Source: an uncultured Ignatzschineria sp. (GTDB lineage Bacteria; Pseudomonadota; Gammaproteobacteria; Cardiobacteriales; Wohlfahrtiimonadaceae). Taken from it: 60,008 nucleotides of DNA. The notes under the pieces were generated by a model that was given only the letters and a program-made list of their open reading frames with translations, did no database searches and had not been told where the DNA came from. Location of the stretch: the NCBI GenBank assembly GCA_964586665.1, contig CAZPIQ010000001.1, positions 1 to 60,008 on the forward strand, read 5' to 3'. Of this stretch, positions 1 to 12,696 are shown piece after piece (positions within the stretch are counted from its first letter, which is position 1; every line of letters begins with the position of its first letter). A program made the position numbers and the translations under genes.

Positions 1-298
1 TAACAAGTGCAAGGCCACTTGCTTCAGCCATCTCAATAATGGCACAGCGTCCATCACCGGTAATTCCATAAGTTGCCTCTACTTGATTTCTAAGTGGTCC
101 TGTTACCTTTTTTGTAAGATAACGTCCTTTCGTCGCATCGATAATAGATCTAACCGTTCCCTCACCCCCATCAGCAACAGGAATCAGCTGATAATCGGCA
201 TCCGGAAAGACTTCTGTAAATCCAGACTGAATAATCTTTGCAATTTGTATGGCCGTTAAACTCTCTTTATAAGAATCAGGCGCTATGACTATTTTCAT
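1..298 (-). CDS. Glycerate kinase (GlxK/GarK family), 5' part; runs off window start
   Basis: Not in ORF track. Manual translation from ATG at 298 gives MKIVIAPDSYKESLTA...PVADGGEGT...IEMAEASGL, the family N-terminal motifs. Confidence 0.9.
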   Translation of the reverse strand, partial: MKIVIAPDSYKESLTAIQIAKIIQSGFTEVFPDADYQLIPVADGGEGTVRSIIDATKGRYLTKKVTGPLRNQVEATYGITGDGRCAIIEMAEASGLALV

Positions 299-513
299 TT
301 ATCTCTCCGATCGGGTTTCAGATATTACAAAACAATAGGCTATCAATTCTCATTTCCCGCCGACGCAATCATATTACCCTATTGGCAATAAAGGGATTAT
401 GACTATCTAAGCACAATCAATAATTCCTAAATAACCCACCTATAATATCTACCATACTTCCTATCATAAAAATAGCGTCATCTTATTCGTTTAAATTTAA
501 ATCAATTTAAAAT

Positions 514-535
514 AAAACCCGGCATCTGCCGGGTT
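514..535 (-). terminator. Intrinsic terminator after ybaN-like gene
   Basis: AACCCGGCA-TC-TGCCGGGTT stem with A-run on left (U-tail on minus strand). Confidence 0.65.
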
Positions 536-608
536 CTGAAATGTACTATATTTTTTCTGACTTAGCTAATCAAGCAACATGCAATAACATGTGGTCTAAA
601 CATGTGGT

Positions 609-1010
609 CTATTTTTGAACGATCCTTTCTGATTCTTCAACACTATTAGGAAATGACCAAATCCAGATTGAAACTGTAATGCTAGAGGCAATCATCAACA
701 ACTTTGCCCACCAAGGGCTACTAACGAGATAAAAAGCCGATAATAGAATCATCCCATTCATCATAATCGTTGAAAGCCATTTTGCTTTTAAAGGAATCAC
801 TCTATGAGATTCCCAATCACTTAACATACTGCCGAAATAATGATGATTTAAAAGCCAAGTATGAAACTTTTCTGAACCCTTAGCCCAGCATAAAGCTGCA
901 AGCAAAATAAAAGGCGTAGTAGGCAATAGTGGCAAAACAAGCCCTAGTACTCCTAAAATAAAGAAGATACCTCCGGCAATCATCCATAAAAATCGGCGTA
1001 TATGAGTCAT
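609..1010 (-). CDS. ybaN: YbaN/DUF454 inner membrane protein
   Basis: LPLLPTTPFILLAA...HTWLLNHHYFG motif; directly after heme oxygenase; ATG at 1010 preferred over TTG 1016. Confidence 0.85.
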   Translation of the reverse strand: MTHIRRFLWMIAGGIFFILGVLGLVLPLLPTTPFILLAALCWAKGSEKFHTWLLNHHYFGSMLSDWESHRVIPLKAKWLSTIMMNGMILLSAFYLVSSPWWAKLLMIASSITVSIWIWSFPNSVEESERIVQK

Positions 1011-1016
1011 GATCAA

Positions 1017-1610
1017 TTATGCAGCTTCTGGTAACTCAAAAATGGTACGAAGCAATTTTTTATAATAAATAAACGCATCATTAGCACCTTTTACTGCAGC
1101 AATACGCATCTCTTCACTCATTTCAATTTCATTCATTTTTTGGGAAAACTCACGCCAATGCTTTCCACGTCCATCAGAATGGGCCGCCAAATGTCGTGCT
1201 CCATGATCTGCATCTAATGCAATTTTATTGACTTCTTTATATAGGAAAGCCGCGCCTAAGTTAGAGCCCTCTGCACAATATAACCATCCATATGATTCAT
1301 CTCCCTGTATTGAAGGAAGCTCATTAACATCTACTTTAACGATCTCTAAATCTTGCATATCAGCAAGCACCGCTTGATGTCTTGCACTCTCAGCAATTCC
1401 CGGAATTGCCCTATTTAAATCCTCACGGTGATAGATATCATCTACAACTTTATGAAAAATCTCTTGTAGCTGTAAGAATTTACCGTAATTCTCAACGTTC
1501 TCAAAAGGATTGACTGACATGACAAGATTATCAACACTATCATGAGTATTGTTAGTCTCAAATTTGAGTTGGTGTGTTAAAAGATTTAAGTCGAGGTTTT
1601 CGAGTTTCAT
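1017..1610 (-). CDS. hemO: Biliverdin-producing heme oxygenase (HemO/PigA type)
   Basis: THDSVDNLVMS (proximal His) and GWLYCAEGSNLGAAFL distal helix, as in Neisseria HemO. Confidence 0.92.
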   Translation of the reverse strand: MKLENLDLNLLTHQLKFETNNTHDSVDNLVMSVNPFENVENYGKFLQLQEIFHKVVDDIYHREDLNRAIPGIAESARHQAVLADMQDLEIVKVDVNELPSIQGDESYGWLYCAEGSNLGAAFLYKEVNKIALDADHGARHLAAHSDGRGKHWREFSQKMNEIEMSEEMRIAAVKGANDAFIYYKKLLRTIFELPEAA

Positions 1611-1692
1611 AAAAAGTACCCTGGCGATACATTATCGCGTTATTGAATTTTAAAAATTGTATTCCTATTGCCCGCCAAACGCAAATACAAAT

Positions 1693-1711
1693 GTTAATCA
1701 TAATCGTTATC
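1693..1711. promoter_or_regulatory. Fur box upstream of hemO
   Basis: GTTAATCATAATCGTTATC, 16/19 match to GATAATGATAATCATTATC. Confidence 0.85.
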
Positions 1712-1855
1712 GATATCATTAGCTTTACTATTTGCGTTAGTGTTTAACATGCTGAAATAAAACATTTTATAGGCAATACTACTTAAAAATTGATGGCTCT
1801 TATGATGATCACAATAAGAGCCTACCCTGTTGAATGCCCACTATAATGATGAGAT

Positions 1856-4171
1856 TTAGAATTGATATGAAACATTAAATCTCACATCAATCCCCGGTGC
1901 TTGGACACGGTCATTGAGATAAGGTGCGTACTCTTTATCAAAAAGATTATCGACTGTGAGATTAAACTTCGGTCCATATTGGCCATTAGGCGCATAACTC
2001 ATAAAGATAGAATGAACAGCATATCCAGGCGTTGTTGCAAAACTTAGTGCTTTCGCTTTAGGGTCATGAATTGCCGGTGTTCTATCCTGCTTACGCACAA
2101 ATTGACCTTGCCAACCTGCACTGAAATTAATACTCGGAATATTAAATCCTAATGTTGCTCGAAGCTCTCTCGGTGGAATATCACGCATCCAAGTATCTTG
2201 TTCAAACCAGTTATCTCTTGGGGATCCTATACGCTTGCCCTTAATCAAACTAGCTGATAATGATCCAAAGAGATATTCACTATCATACTTTGCTTCAAGC
2301 TCTAGACCTTTAATCGTATATCCTGGCCCATTATGAAACGCGCCCATAGGTTTACCGCAGCTCGATGATTCTCCTGTGATATGATGCGCTTCACAATAGA
2401 TTGCGCCAATTTTACGGATAACTTCATCTTCAACTTTATTATGGAAAGCAGTTGCCGAAAGTGCAATGCGATCATACTCTGCAAAAACACTCTCAAAATT
2501 TGCCATCGCACCAAAACGGAAAGCCTTCAATTTCTCTTTCGCTAAATAACGACTTGTTCCATTCGGACCACTAGTTCCTTTACCCTGTACTGTATACATT
2601 TCATCAACCGAAGGCGCCTGCCAACCATATGTATAATCCCCAAATACAGCCCATGTTTCATTAGGTTGCCAATAAACCCCTAATCTTGGCGTCAAGCCAC
2701 TATAACTGACTGATGAATAATCATGTCCATCTTTGGGATTCAAAGAACTATAGCCTTCAACATTCCCAAAACTTTGGTTTTTCACATGATCATAACGAAG
2801 TGATGGACTAATCGTAAAATCACCTATCTGAATATCATCATTCACATAAATACTCGTGACCGTTTGTCTACCTGCTGGTAAAAATGGCGGTGTAAAATAC
2901 CCATCATTAAACTCAGCTTTCCCATACTTCCCTTTATCGTAAAACATAAGTGCATCTTGTTGTTTACGAAGATATTGCGCCCCAACTGTCACAGTATGCT
3001 CAGTAATACCTAACTTAAATTAACTGCTATTTCTTAAATGGACATTCGCAGTTTTATAAGTTGTCCAGTTCTCTTCACCAAAAGTGGATAATAAAATTGA
3101 AGGTGCTTTTTGCCCCGGCATTGACTTAATTTTTTCATCGTGTTGTTTTGTTTCAGAATATGCGATATCCCCTTTAAAATTAATAAATGGATTATCTACA
3201 GGGGCGTACTCAGCATTAAGACTATAAGTTTTATCACGTTGATCACGATAGAAAATACGGCGCTTCCAATCATAATCATCATTAGGATCAAAGGTAATCG
3301 TATTCCCACCCATAGCAGCAAATGGCATCCAACCCTTAAAACGAGTATTAGCCAGTGTTAAGGTAATTTTACTATCTGCGATCGGTCTGAAGTTTGTTTT
3401 GAGAAGGTAACTATTTTGCTGATAAGAAGAACCGCGATATTTCTCATGATCTGCTAAACGAATATCCCCGGCATCTGTTCTTGCAAAATAGAAAAGACCA
3501 TCAACTTTTTCATTATCCGTTTCAGCAAAAACCGCAGACGCATAGTTATATTGATCATTATTTGTGTGGAAGCCTGACTTCAAAAATGCCCCCAGCTTCT
3601 CGTCTGCTCTTAGGAAATCTTGCGCATCTTTCGTTTTCATCTCAACATTTCCGCCAAAACCACCATTACCAACAGCAGGATTAAAAGCCCCCTTATTCAC
3701 AGTAACTTGTTTCACAAGATCAGGATCAACATAAAGGTTTCCTTGCTGATATTTATCAAAGGTTTTTAATGCACCATCTAAGGTAATTGGGACATTTTTA
3801 CTATCTTTCATCCCCCAAATATTCACAACCTGCCCACCAGGTCTAGGGCTACCTGCCATTGAAACACCAGGAACTTTATCAATCACGGAAGCCATATTAT
3901 TCGCTTGCATGACATCAATCTGTGCTTGATTGAGAGTGCTCTTTCCCACTTCTGTGGCACTTAAACCATTAGAAATGCCAATATAATCCGTTACATCGCC
4001 GTATACCTTTACAATCCCTAAATTCACAGAAGGGGCTTCTTTTACATTTTCGACGTCATCCTGATTCTCATCATTAGTCAGCGATGTCGTTGCATGAACA
4101 ATGTTAGTCAGCAAAATACAGCTAATAGCAACAACTAGCGGATGTAAACGATACTTAATAGTACATGACAT
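1856..4171 (-). pseudogene. TonB-dependent heme/hemoglobin receptor interrupted by a single in-frame TAA at 3020-3022
   Basis: ORFs 3020..4276 and 1856..2992 share a frame: ...HLRNSS*FKLGITEHTVTVGAQY... Signal peptide from ATG 4171, plug domain, FRAP-like WQAP, C-terminal YQF; about 771 codons if intact. Confidence 0.85.
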
Positions 4172-4252
4172 AGTTTTATACTCTACCTTACTTTTATAAA
4201 TGTGATTTTTAACAATTTTTAATATCAAATTATGGCTTAAGGCGGAGATACT

Positions 4253-4277
4253 ATTGCAACTGATTCCCATTTGCAAT
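4253..4277. promoter_or_regulatory. Probable Fur box upstream of heme receptor
   Basis: Minus strand GCAAATGGGAATCAGTTGC (12/19 to consensus) inside an ATTGCAA...TTGCAAT inverted repeat. Confidence 0.6.
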
Positions 4278-4336
4278 GAATTTCTATATCAAAATAGCTA
4301 TCCTCTTCAAAAAAATAAACTTTTGACAAAAATAGC

Positions 4337-4373
4337 ACTTAACTTTTTTACTTAACTTTTTTACTTAACTTTT
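4337..4373. repeat. 13-bp tandem repeat ACTTAACTTTTTT x~2.8
   Basis: Read directly. Confidence 0.85.
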
Positions 4374-4386
4374 AAAAACAATGAAA

Positions 4387-4426
4387 ATAGCCCTGATACC
4401 AACCTATTCATTGATATCAGGGCTAT
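4387..4426 (-). terminator. Hairpin after amine dehydrogenase-like gene
   Basis: ATAGCCCTGATA...TATCAGGGCTAT 12-bp inverted repeat. Confidence 0.55.
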
Positions 4427-4493
4427 GGTGTAATGATGTTATTTTTAATAATAGAAGTTGAAAGCTTGTTTCTCGACTTGATAGTAGATAGTG

Positions 4494-5534
4494 TTAACTA
4501 TCAATCTCTTCCACTACATAGAATTCCATCGGATAACTCATATATCCAATCTCTTCCAGCTTATCAACAGTGATAAAACCTGGCGATGCATTAATGACTG
4601 ATGGAATACGATTCACGGCTATTGCACAAGTATGCGCAACTGTATCGGGCTTTTTCACTGAGAACTCAACATCAGGATCACCTATAATCTTCCAATCACA
4701 ACGATCGCCATCTCCCTCTTCATAAACATTACCGATACATTGCACAACCAATTCGATACCTTGATGCGTTTGAATAGTTGTCACTGCCGACATTCCTGTC
4801 GCATTACCCGCTTTAATCGTCTCGCCTAAAGTTTCAGAATAGAGATCATGATCTAATACAATCGGAATACTCTTTTGACGAATACTGACAATCGTCCATT
4901 TCATTTTGGCACAGAGTGATTCAGCTGCATTCCACATATAAGATGGTAAGCTTTCAGCCGAAGCGATCTCACGATCAAACTCCGCCATTGTCAGCCCAAC
5001 GCCATGCGCTTTAGCGAGCGCAAGACCATAATGTTCCACATTATAACTGACGATACCTTCCACCTTCTCAATCTTATTAACGCCACCAGCGACAAGGTAT
5101 GGGAGATTAATCCAATAGATATCCTGCATCCCCGATCCGGTAATCGTGATGCCGTAGTCTTTCGCAAGACGGTCTAAACGATTTGTTTCTGCCGGCGATG
5201 TATTCCAAGGATAGATGGCTTCTTCACAAATTGTGATGACATTCACACCATTTTTTGCACAAAGTTCTAAAAATGGATACATCTCAGGCATATAACTAAA
5301 GATCGACACAATGGCAATATCTGCATCACAATTATCAAATACTTTTTGTGCATCAGCTTCAATCTTAATCCCCGTTTTATGCCCGAAATTCGCAAAATCC
5401 CCTACATCAATACCCTGCAATTCAGGACGGTTATCAATTGCACCTACAATTTCTGCCCCATGATCTTTCAAATAGCGAAAAATCACTTCAGACATCTTGC
5501 CACAACCAAACTGCACTACACGTATTTTCATCAT
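4494..5534 (-). CDS. DapB-like NAD(P)-dependent oxidoreductase, 2,4-diaminopentanoate dehydrogenase / native amine dehydrogenase family
   Basis: Rossmann VVQFGCGKM, GVNVITICEEAIYPW, C-terminal VNRIPSVINASPGF; AGGAG RBS before ATG 5534/5531. Confidence 0.7.
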   Translation of the reverse strand: MMKIRVVQFGCGKMSEVIFRYLKDHGAEIVGAIDNRPELQGIDVGDFANFGHKTGIKIEADAQKVFDNCDADIAIVSIFSYMPEMYPFLELCAKNGVNVITICEEAIYPWNTSPAETNRLDRLAKDYGITITGSGMQDIYWINLPYLVAGGVNKIEKVEGIVSYNVEHYGLALAKAHGVGLTMAEFDREIASAESLPSYMWNAAESLCAKMKWTIVSIRQKSIPIVLDHDLYSETLGETIKAGNATGMSAVTTIQTHQGIELVVQCIGNVYEEGDGDRCDWKIIGDPDVEFSVKKPDTVAHTCAIAVNRIPSVINASPGFITVDKLEEIGYMSYPMEFYVVEEIDS

Positions 5535-5581
5535 TTTTCTCCTATTTTTGAGTCTTAATTTTAAAGATTCGTTTAGGGTAT

Positions 5582-5610
5582 AAAAAAAGCCCGGCATTAT
5601 TCGCCGGGCT
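5582..5610 (-). terminator. icd terminator
   Basis: A7 + AGCCCGGC...GCCGGGCT stem. Confidence 0.75.
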
Positions 5611-5677
5611 ATCTCATCATCTCTTATGCATTAAAATCGATATCGATTTTATCATCTTAAGGATTATCCTATATTCT

Positions 5678-7924
<2,247 letters not shown>

Positions 7925-8282
7925 TCAAAATTAAAATTAAAATTAAAATTTAAAACTGACACTAAACTTTTTATTGATAATAAAAATACTGCCATAAAAG
8001 CCATAAAAGCAATACAATCTCACTCATCAATCTATATTTTCAAAGAATGAGAGTGATTTATTAAAGTAAACTATTATCAATGAACTTTAGCAGTATATAA
8101 GAGAAGAAGCCGGATAAGCAAATCACGACTCAACATCATGCAAGATACTCAATATAACAAGGCATTAGATGACATCAATCACTTTTATGAACTAGCTTAT
8201 CTACAAATTCTAAGGAATTTTCATCAAAAATGTGTCGATCATCAATCATCCATAGCCGTAATGATGTAATGATCTTTATCAC

Positions 8283-9566
8283 TTAATCTATAAGTGGCGC
8301 AATTTTCTCAAGAACGACTTCGATGGCACCTTGATTCTCCGCCATCGTTCGTCTTGCGGCAACACCATAATTTTCACGGAGCATCGCATTATTTGCAAAA
8401 TCAACAATGGCTTTCGAGAGCGCATCTGCTTGCACCTGTTTAACCGCATTATTTGCTTCAAAACTCTGTAGAATCTCGCGATTCTCTTCCATATGTGGCC
8501 CAACAATAATCGGCTTTGAGAAATAAGCAGGTTCCAAGATATTATGCCCCCCAATAGGTACAAAACTTCCACCCACTGTTGTGATATCTGAGAAACCATA
8601 GAATAGTAACAATTCACCAAGCGTATCGATTAGCCAGATATCGGCATTTCTATCAAGATCAGTCAATTCCCCTTCACTACGAATGGAGAGTTTAAAGTCA
8701 TGCGCATCCACATACTCTTCTAGTAGTGACTTCACTTCTAAGAAACGTTCCGGATGACGTGGCGCTAAGATCATTCGCAAATTAGGCGATTTTTTACGCG
8801 CTTCGATGAAAGATTCGATCATAATCTCCTCTTCCTCTTCATGAGTACTTGCCGCAATCCAATAGAGCGAATTTGGCGCGCGTTGCCCTTCTAAGATCTG
8901 TAATCGCTCAAACACTTTTTCCGGCACGACTAAATCGTATTTGATATTTCCCATCTTCTCAGCAGATTTAACGCCTAACACCTCAAAGCGAAGCACATCT
9001 TCATTCGTTTGTGCGAGCACTTCTACATCACTTAATAAGTCATGAATCGTTTTAGAGATCTTTTGATAACGGCGATATGAGCGATCAGAGAGACAGGCAC
9101 TGATAATAAAAAGCGGAATATGGCGTTTTTTAGCCTGATAGATAAAATTTGGCCAGATTTCGGTTTCCATAATTAAAATCGCACGTGGAGAAACCTTTTT
9201 TAAAAATCGTGCCATCGAAGGGCCAAAATCAAGCGGTAAATAGGTATGCGTTAACTGCCCACTTTTAAGGGCATCTTTAAAGGATCTTTGGATCTGTTCA
9301 CTCCCTGTTAGAGTGGTACTTGTAAACAGAATCGTCCGAGCGGGGTAATCAGCTAGCAATCGTTTCACAAGTGGCGTAACAGCACGGACTTCCCCAAGCG
9401 ATACCGCATGAATAAGAAGATCTGCAGATTTGACATCATGAAAACCAAATCGATCACCAAAGTGTCGAAGCCCTAGGGGCGAGCGCCAATCTCGGAAAAA
9501 ACGCATCACGATAATTCCTGGTAGAAAGACCCACCATAAAACCCGATAGAGTGTCAGAATTACCAT
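8283..9566 (-). CDS. waaA: 3-deoxy-D-manno-octulosonic acid transferase
   Basis: HAVSLGE, ETEIWPN, ASTHEEEE, APRHPERF, GGHNILEPA. Confidence 0.95.
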   Translation of the reverse strand: MVILTLYRVLWWVFLPGIIVMRFFRDWRSPLGLRHFGDRFGFHDVKSADLLIHAVSLGEVRAVTPLVKRLLADYPARTILFTSTTLTGSEQIQRSFKDALKSGQLTHTYLPLDFGPSMARFLKKVSPRAILIMETEIWPNFIYQAKKRHIPLFIISACLSDRSYRRYQKISKTIHDLLSDVEVLAQTNEDVLRFEVLGVKSAEKMGNIKYDLVVPEKVFERLQILEGQRAPNSLYWIAASTHEEEEEIMIESFIEARKKSPNLRMILAPRHPERFLEVKSLLEEYVDAHDFKLSIRSEGELTDLDRNADIWLIDTLGELLLFYGFSDITTVGGSFVPIGGHNILEPAYFSKPIIVGPHMEENREILQSFEANNAVKQVQADALSKAIVDFANNAMLRENYGVAARRTMAENQGAIEVVLEKIAPLID

Positions 9567-9855
9567 ATATGACTGCTTCCCTTAGCTGATGAAATACATA
9601 AATAGATTCTAGTATACGAAGAATAAATCTTCGTATATTTGTCCATAAATAGACCTTGATTGTTCATTTTAAAACGCACTACTCCTTAGTTCAATTTTAA
9701 AATCACGAATCATTGTCGAAATTTGATATAGCAACGCGAATAAGACTATTTTTATAACATAATAAAAACGCTTCTGAAAACCACTCTAAGTGGCAGACAG
9801 AAGCGTATAAATTCACATCATTACATTCAGTGTTTACGAGATATCCTGGTACAAC

Positions 9856-10698
9856 CTACTGACTATTTTCAGCAGATGTTGCAGCTACATTTTCAACATC
9901 TGTGATCCCAGTTTGTGTATTAGAAAAACCGAACTCAGAGAGTCTTTGATCATTAGGGAAATTATAACGAAGAACTTCGATACTCTTCTGTGCTAAATCA
10001 GGCAAATTAAGCCCTTGATAAGCTTTTGCTTGAATATAAAGCGCATCTGCAACAGATGATGTTGCATCATAATTATCTAAAACATGTTGCGCTCTATTAG
10101 CCGCCCCTACATAAGCGTGACGCTCTAAATAGAAATTCGCTTTATGAATTTCTGCTTCAGCAAGTAGATTACGCAAATAAACAATTCTTGCAGCTGAATC
10201 CTCAGCATAGTCGCCATTAGGGAAATACTTGATGACAATCATAAAGGATCTAATAGAATCACGCATTTGGCTCTGATCAACCTTAGATCTATCTGGTGGC
10301 AACATTTTATCTAAGATTGATTTAGCTCTATCATAGTTTATAAGGCCTTGTAGATAATAGAGGTAATCAATATTTTCGTGATTAGGATAAAGTTTGGTAA
10401 ACTCATCAATCTCTGAAAGTGCTTTATCAAATTGTCTATCATGATAGTGAGCATAGATTTTATTGATTTTTGCCTGTTCAGCTAAACTAGTATGCGGAAA
10501 ACGCGCCTCAATCGCCTCATAATGCTGAACAGCAATTTCATAACTTGCGCCATCAAGGTTCTTATTACCTTCAGCAAGAAGATCTTGACCTGTCATTGCA
10601 TAGTACTTATCATCTTTCTTCGCCGAGGTCGACCCGCATGCAGCGAGAACGCCCACCGAGATCAATACTGTAAAAAATTTTAGTGTTTTTGCTTTCAT
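9856..10698 (-). CDS. bamD: Outer membrane protein assembly lipoprotein BamD
   Basis: Lipobox LAAC, TPR repeats, divergent from rluD (conserved synteny). Confidence 0.93.
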   Translation of the reverse strand: MKAKTLKFFTVLISVGVLAACGSTSAKKDDKYYAMTGQDLLAEGNKNLDGASYEIAVQHYEAIEARFPHTSLAEQAKINKIYAHYHDRQFDKALSEIDEFTKLYPNHENIDYLYYLQGLINYDRAKSILDKMLPPDRSKVDQSQMRDSIRSFMIVIKYFPNGDYAEDSAARIVYLRNLLAEAEIHKANFYLERHAYVGAANRAQHVLDNYDATSSVADALYIQAKAYQGLNLPDLAQKSIEVLRYNFPNDQRLSEFGFSNTQTGITDVENVAATSAENSQ

Positions 10699-10754
10699 TT
10701 TATTACTATAGATCCAACAATATGAATTATTCTTCGAGATTATACAGATAAATT

Positions 10755-11750
10755 ATGAAACAGTCAGAAACTTTTACGATAACAATCCCTGAACATTTAG
10801 ATGGGCAACGCATTGATGCGGTTATCCCTACTTTACAACCTACTCTTTCTCGAAGCCAAGGCCAAAAGCTTATTAAAAGCGGCGACGTTCTTCTCAATGG
10901 TGAAGTCCCTCGCCCTAAAGATAGCGTCAAAACAGATGATATCGTCCAAATCACAGTTGAAGAAAATGATACAACAGATGAAATCATTCCTGAAGATATC
11001 TCTATCAACATCGTATATGAAGATGAGGATATTATCGTGATCAATAAACCAGCAGGCATGGTGGTTCATCCTGGCGCAGGAAATCAAATTGGAACACTTG
11101 CAAATGCCCTTCTCCATCACTGCCCACAATTAACCTCATTAAACCGTGCAGGAATTGTACATCGTCTTGATAAAGAGACTTCTGGCGTGCTTGTGATTGC
11201 AAAAACCCCTGAAGCTGAAGAGAACTTAATTGAACAGTTTAAAGCACGCACACCGACTAAACTCTACCATGCCCTTGTAATTGGTGAGATGATCTCAGGT
11301 AGAAGTATTTATGCACCTATTGGCCGAAATCCACATCGCCGCAAGCATATGTGGGTCACAGAAGATGATGAAGATGGCAACAACGATGGTAAAGAAGCAA
11401 TTACCCATCTTCGTGTGAAAGAACGTTTCAGATCACATACACTTGTTGAAGCGAATATCGAAACAGGTCGTACACACCAAATTCGCGTTCATATGCAACA
11501 TATTAACTACCCGATTGTCGGCGATAGTGATTATGGCGCGCGTTTACGTGTTCCGAAAAAATTTGGCCAACATGCTGAAAATGTCCTTCGTGGCTTTAAA
11601 CGTCAAGCGCTTCATGCATTCTCGATCGAGTTTGAACATCCTCGTACAGGCGAAGTGATGTACTTTGAACAAGATTGCCCTAATGACATGAAGAATCTGG
11701 TAGATGCAATCCGTCAGGAGAGTATTGATTATGCCGAGCAAAATAGTTAA
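10755..11750 (+). CDS. rluD: 23S rRNA pseudouridine synthase RluD
   Basis: S4 domain, NKPAGMVVHP, HRLDKETSG, TGRTHQIRVH. Confidence 0.95.
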   Translation: MKQSETFTITIPEHLDGQRIDAVIPTLQPTLSRSQGQKLIKSGDVLLNGEVPRPKDSVKTDDIVQITVEENDTTDEIIPEDISINIVYEDEDIIVINKPAGMVVHPGAGNQIGTLANALLHHCPQLTSLNRAGIVHRLDKETSGVLVIAKTPEAEENLIEQFKARTPTKLYHALVIGEMISGRSIYAPIGRNPHRRKHMWVTEDDEDGNNDGKEAITHLRVKERFRSHTLVEANIETGRTHQIRVHMQHINYPIVGDSDYGARLRVPKKFGQHAENVLRGFKRQALHAFSIEFEHPRTGEVMYFEQDCPNDMKNLVDAIRQESIDYAEQNS

Positions 11751-12555
11751 GCATTTAGCATCAGGGCTCGAAGTTATTAGCCCTAATTGGCCTTTATCGG
11801 CACGCATTAAAGCCTTTACGACAACGCGTAAAGGTGGCGTTTCAAAAGGCGATTTTAGCGGGCTTAATTTTGGCCTTAGCACACAAGATGATCGTGAAGA
11901 TGTCTTAACGAATCGCGAGCTTCTCTATAAAGCCTTTGATATCCCCCATCATGATTTCTTCTTAACACAGATTCATTCGAACCTTTGTGTGCCGATTGAA
12001 TCAAAGTGGAATCATGCCGGCGCCGATGCTTCTTATACTGACAAGGTCAATACCCCTTCTGTAATTTTAACAGCAGATTGTTTACCGATCCTCATTGCCA
12101 ATCGTAGTGAAACTATCGTGAGTGGTATTCATGCTGGCTGGCGCTCTTTACTTATGGATATCATCGAAAATAGTGTCTCGCTTTTAAAAGAAGATCCGAA
12201 TGATCTTTTTGTCTGGCTTGGCCCTGCGATTTCTCAAAGCGCATTTGAAATTGGTCCTGAGGTAAAATCTGCTTTTGAATACCGTAATACGTTGTTGCAT
12301 CACTTATCCGCTTCAGCCCAAAATCCTGAAGGCCTTTTTGTACCTTCAGTGAATAATGGGAAATTTTATGCTGACATCTATGCACTAGCGAAGCTTCGCT
12401 TACAAAACTTAGGCATTCCTCTTGAAAATATTTTCGGCGGAGATCTCTGTACCTACTCAGATGAAGAACGATTTTTCTCCTACCGCAGAGATGGCATTCG
12501 ATCCGGTCGATTAGCAAGCTTTATTTGGATTGATGAATCTATCACTAATGATTGA
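11731..12555 (+). CDS. pgeF: Peptidoglycan editing factor PgeF (YfiH)
   Basis: TADCLPI, HAGWR, FFSYRR; overlaps rluD end; AGGAG before ATG 11731. Confidence 0.92.
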   Translation: MPSKIVKHLASGLEVISPNWPLSARIKAFTTTRKGGVSKGDFSGLNFGLSTQDDREDVLTNRELLYKAFDIPHHDFFLTQIHSNLCVPIESKWNHAGADASYTDKVNTPSVILTADCLPILIANRSETIVSGIHAGWRSLLMDIIENSVSLLKEDPNDLFVWLGPAISQSAFEIGPEVKSAFEYRNTLLHHLSASAQNPEGLFVPSVNNGKFYADIYALAKLRLQNLGIPLENIFGGDLCTYSDEERFFSYRRDGIRSGRLASFIWIDESITND

Positions 12556-12603
12556 TCCATAAGATCATAATCATCATGATATTTTCTTGGTCATGCTCAC
12601 ATC

Positions 12604-12642
12604 AAAATGCCCGATATTACACAAAATAATTTCGGGCATTTT
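12604..12642. terminator. Bidirectional terminator between pgeF and DMT gene
   Basis: AAAATGCCCGA...TCGGGCATTTT between convergent genes. Confidence 0.7.
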
Positions 12643-12696
12643 CATATTAAAACTCAACAACAGACTAGTAATACAGTGATCTATCTCAAAATACTA

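Noticed and set aside
339-357. Fur-like box upstream of glycerate kinase
   Set aside because: Only 12/19 in AT-rich DNA with no iron link
3020-3022. Programmed readthrough or selenocysteine/pyrrolysine at the receptor stop
   Set aside because: Codon is TAA, not TGA/TAG; no recoding structure seen
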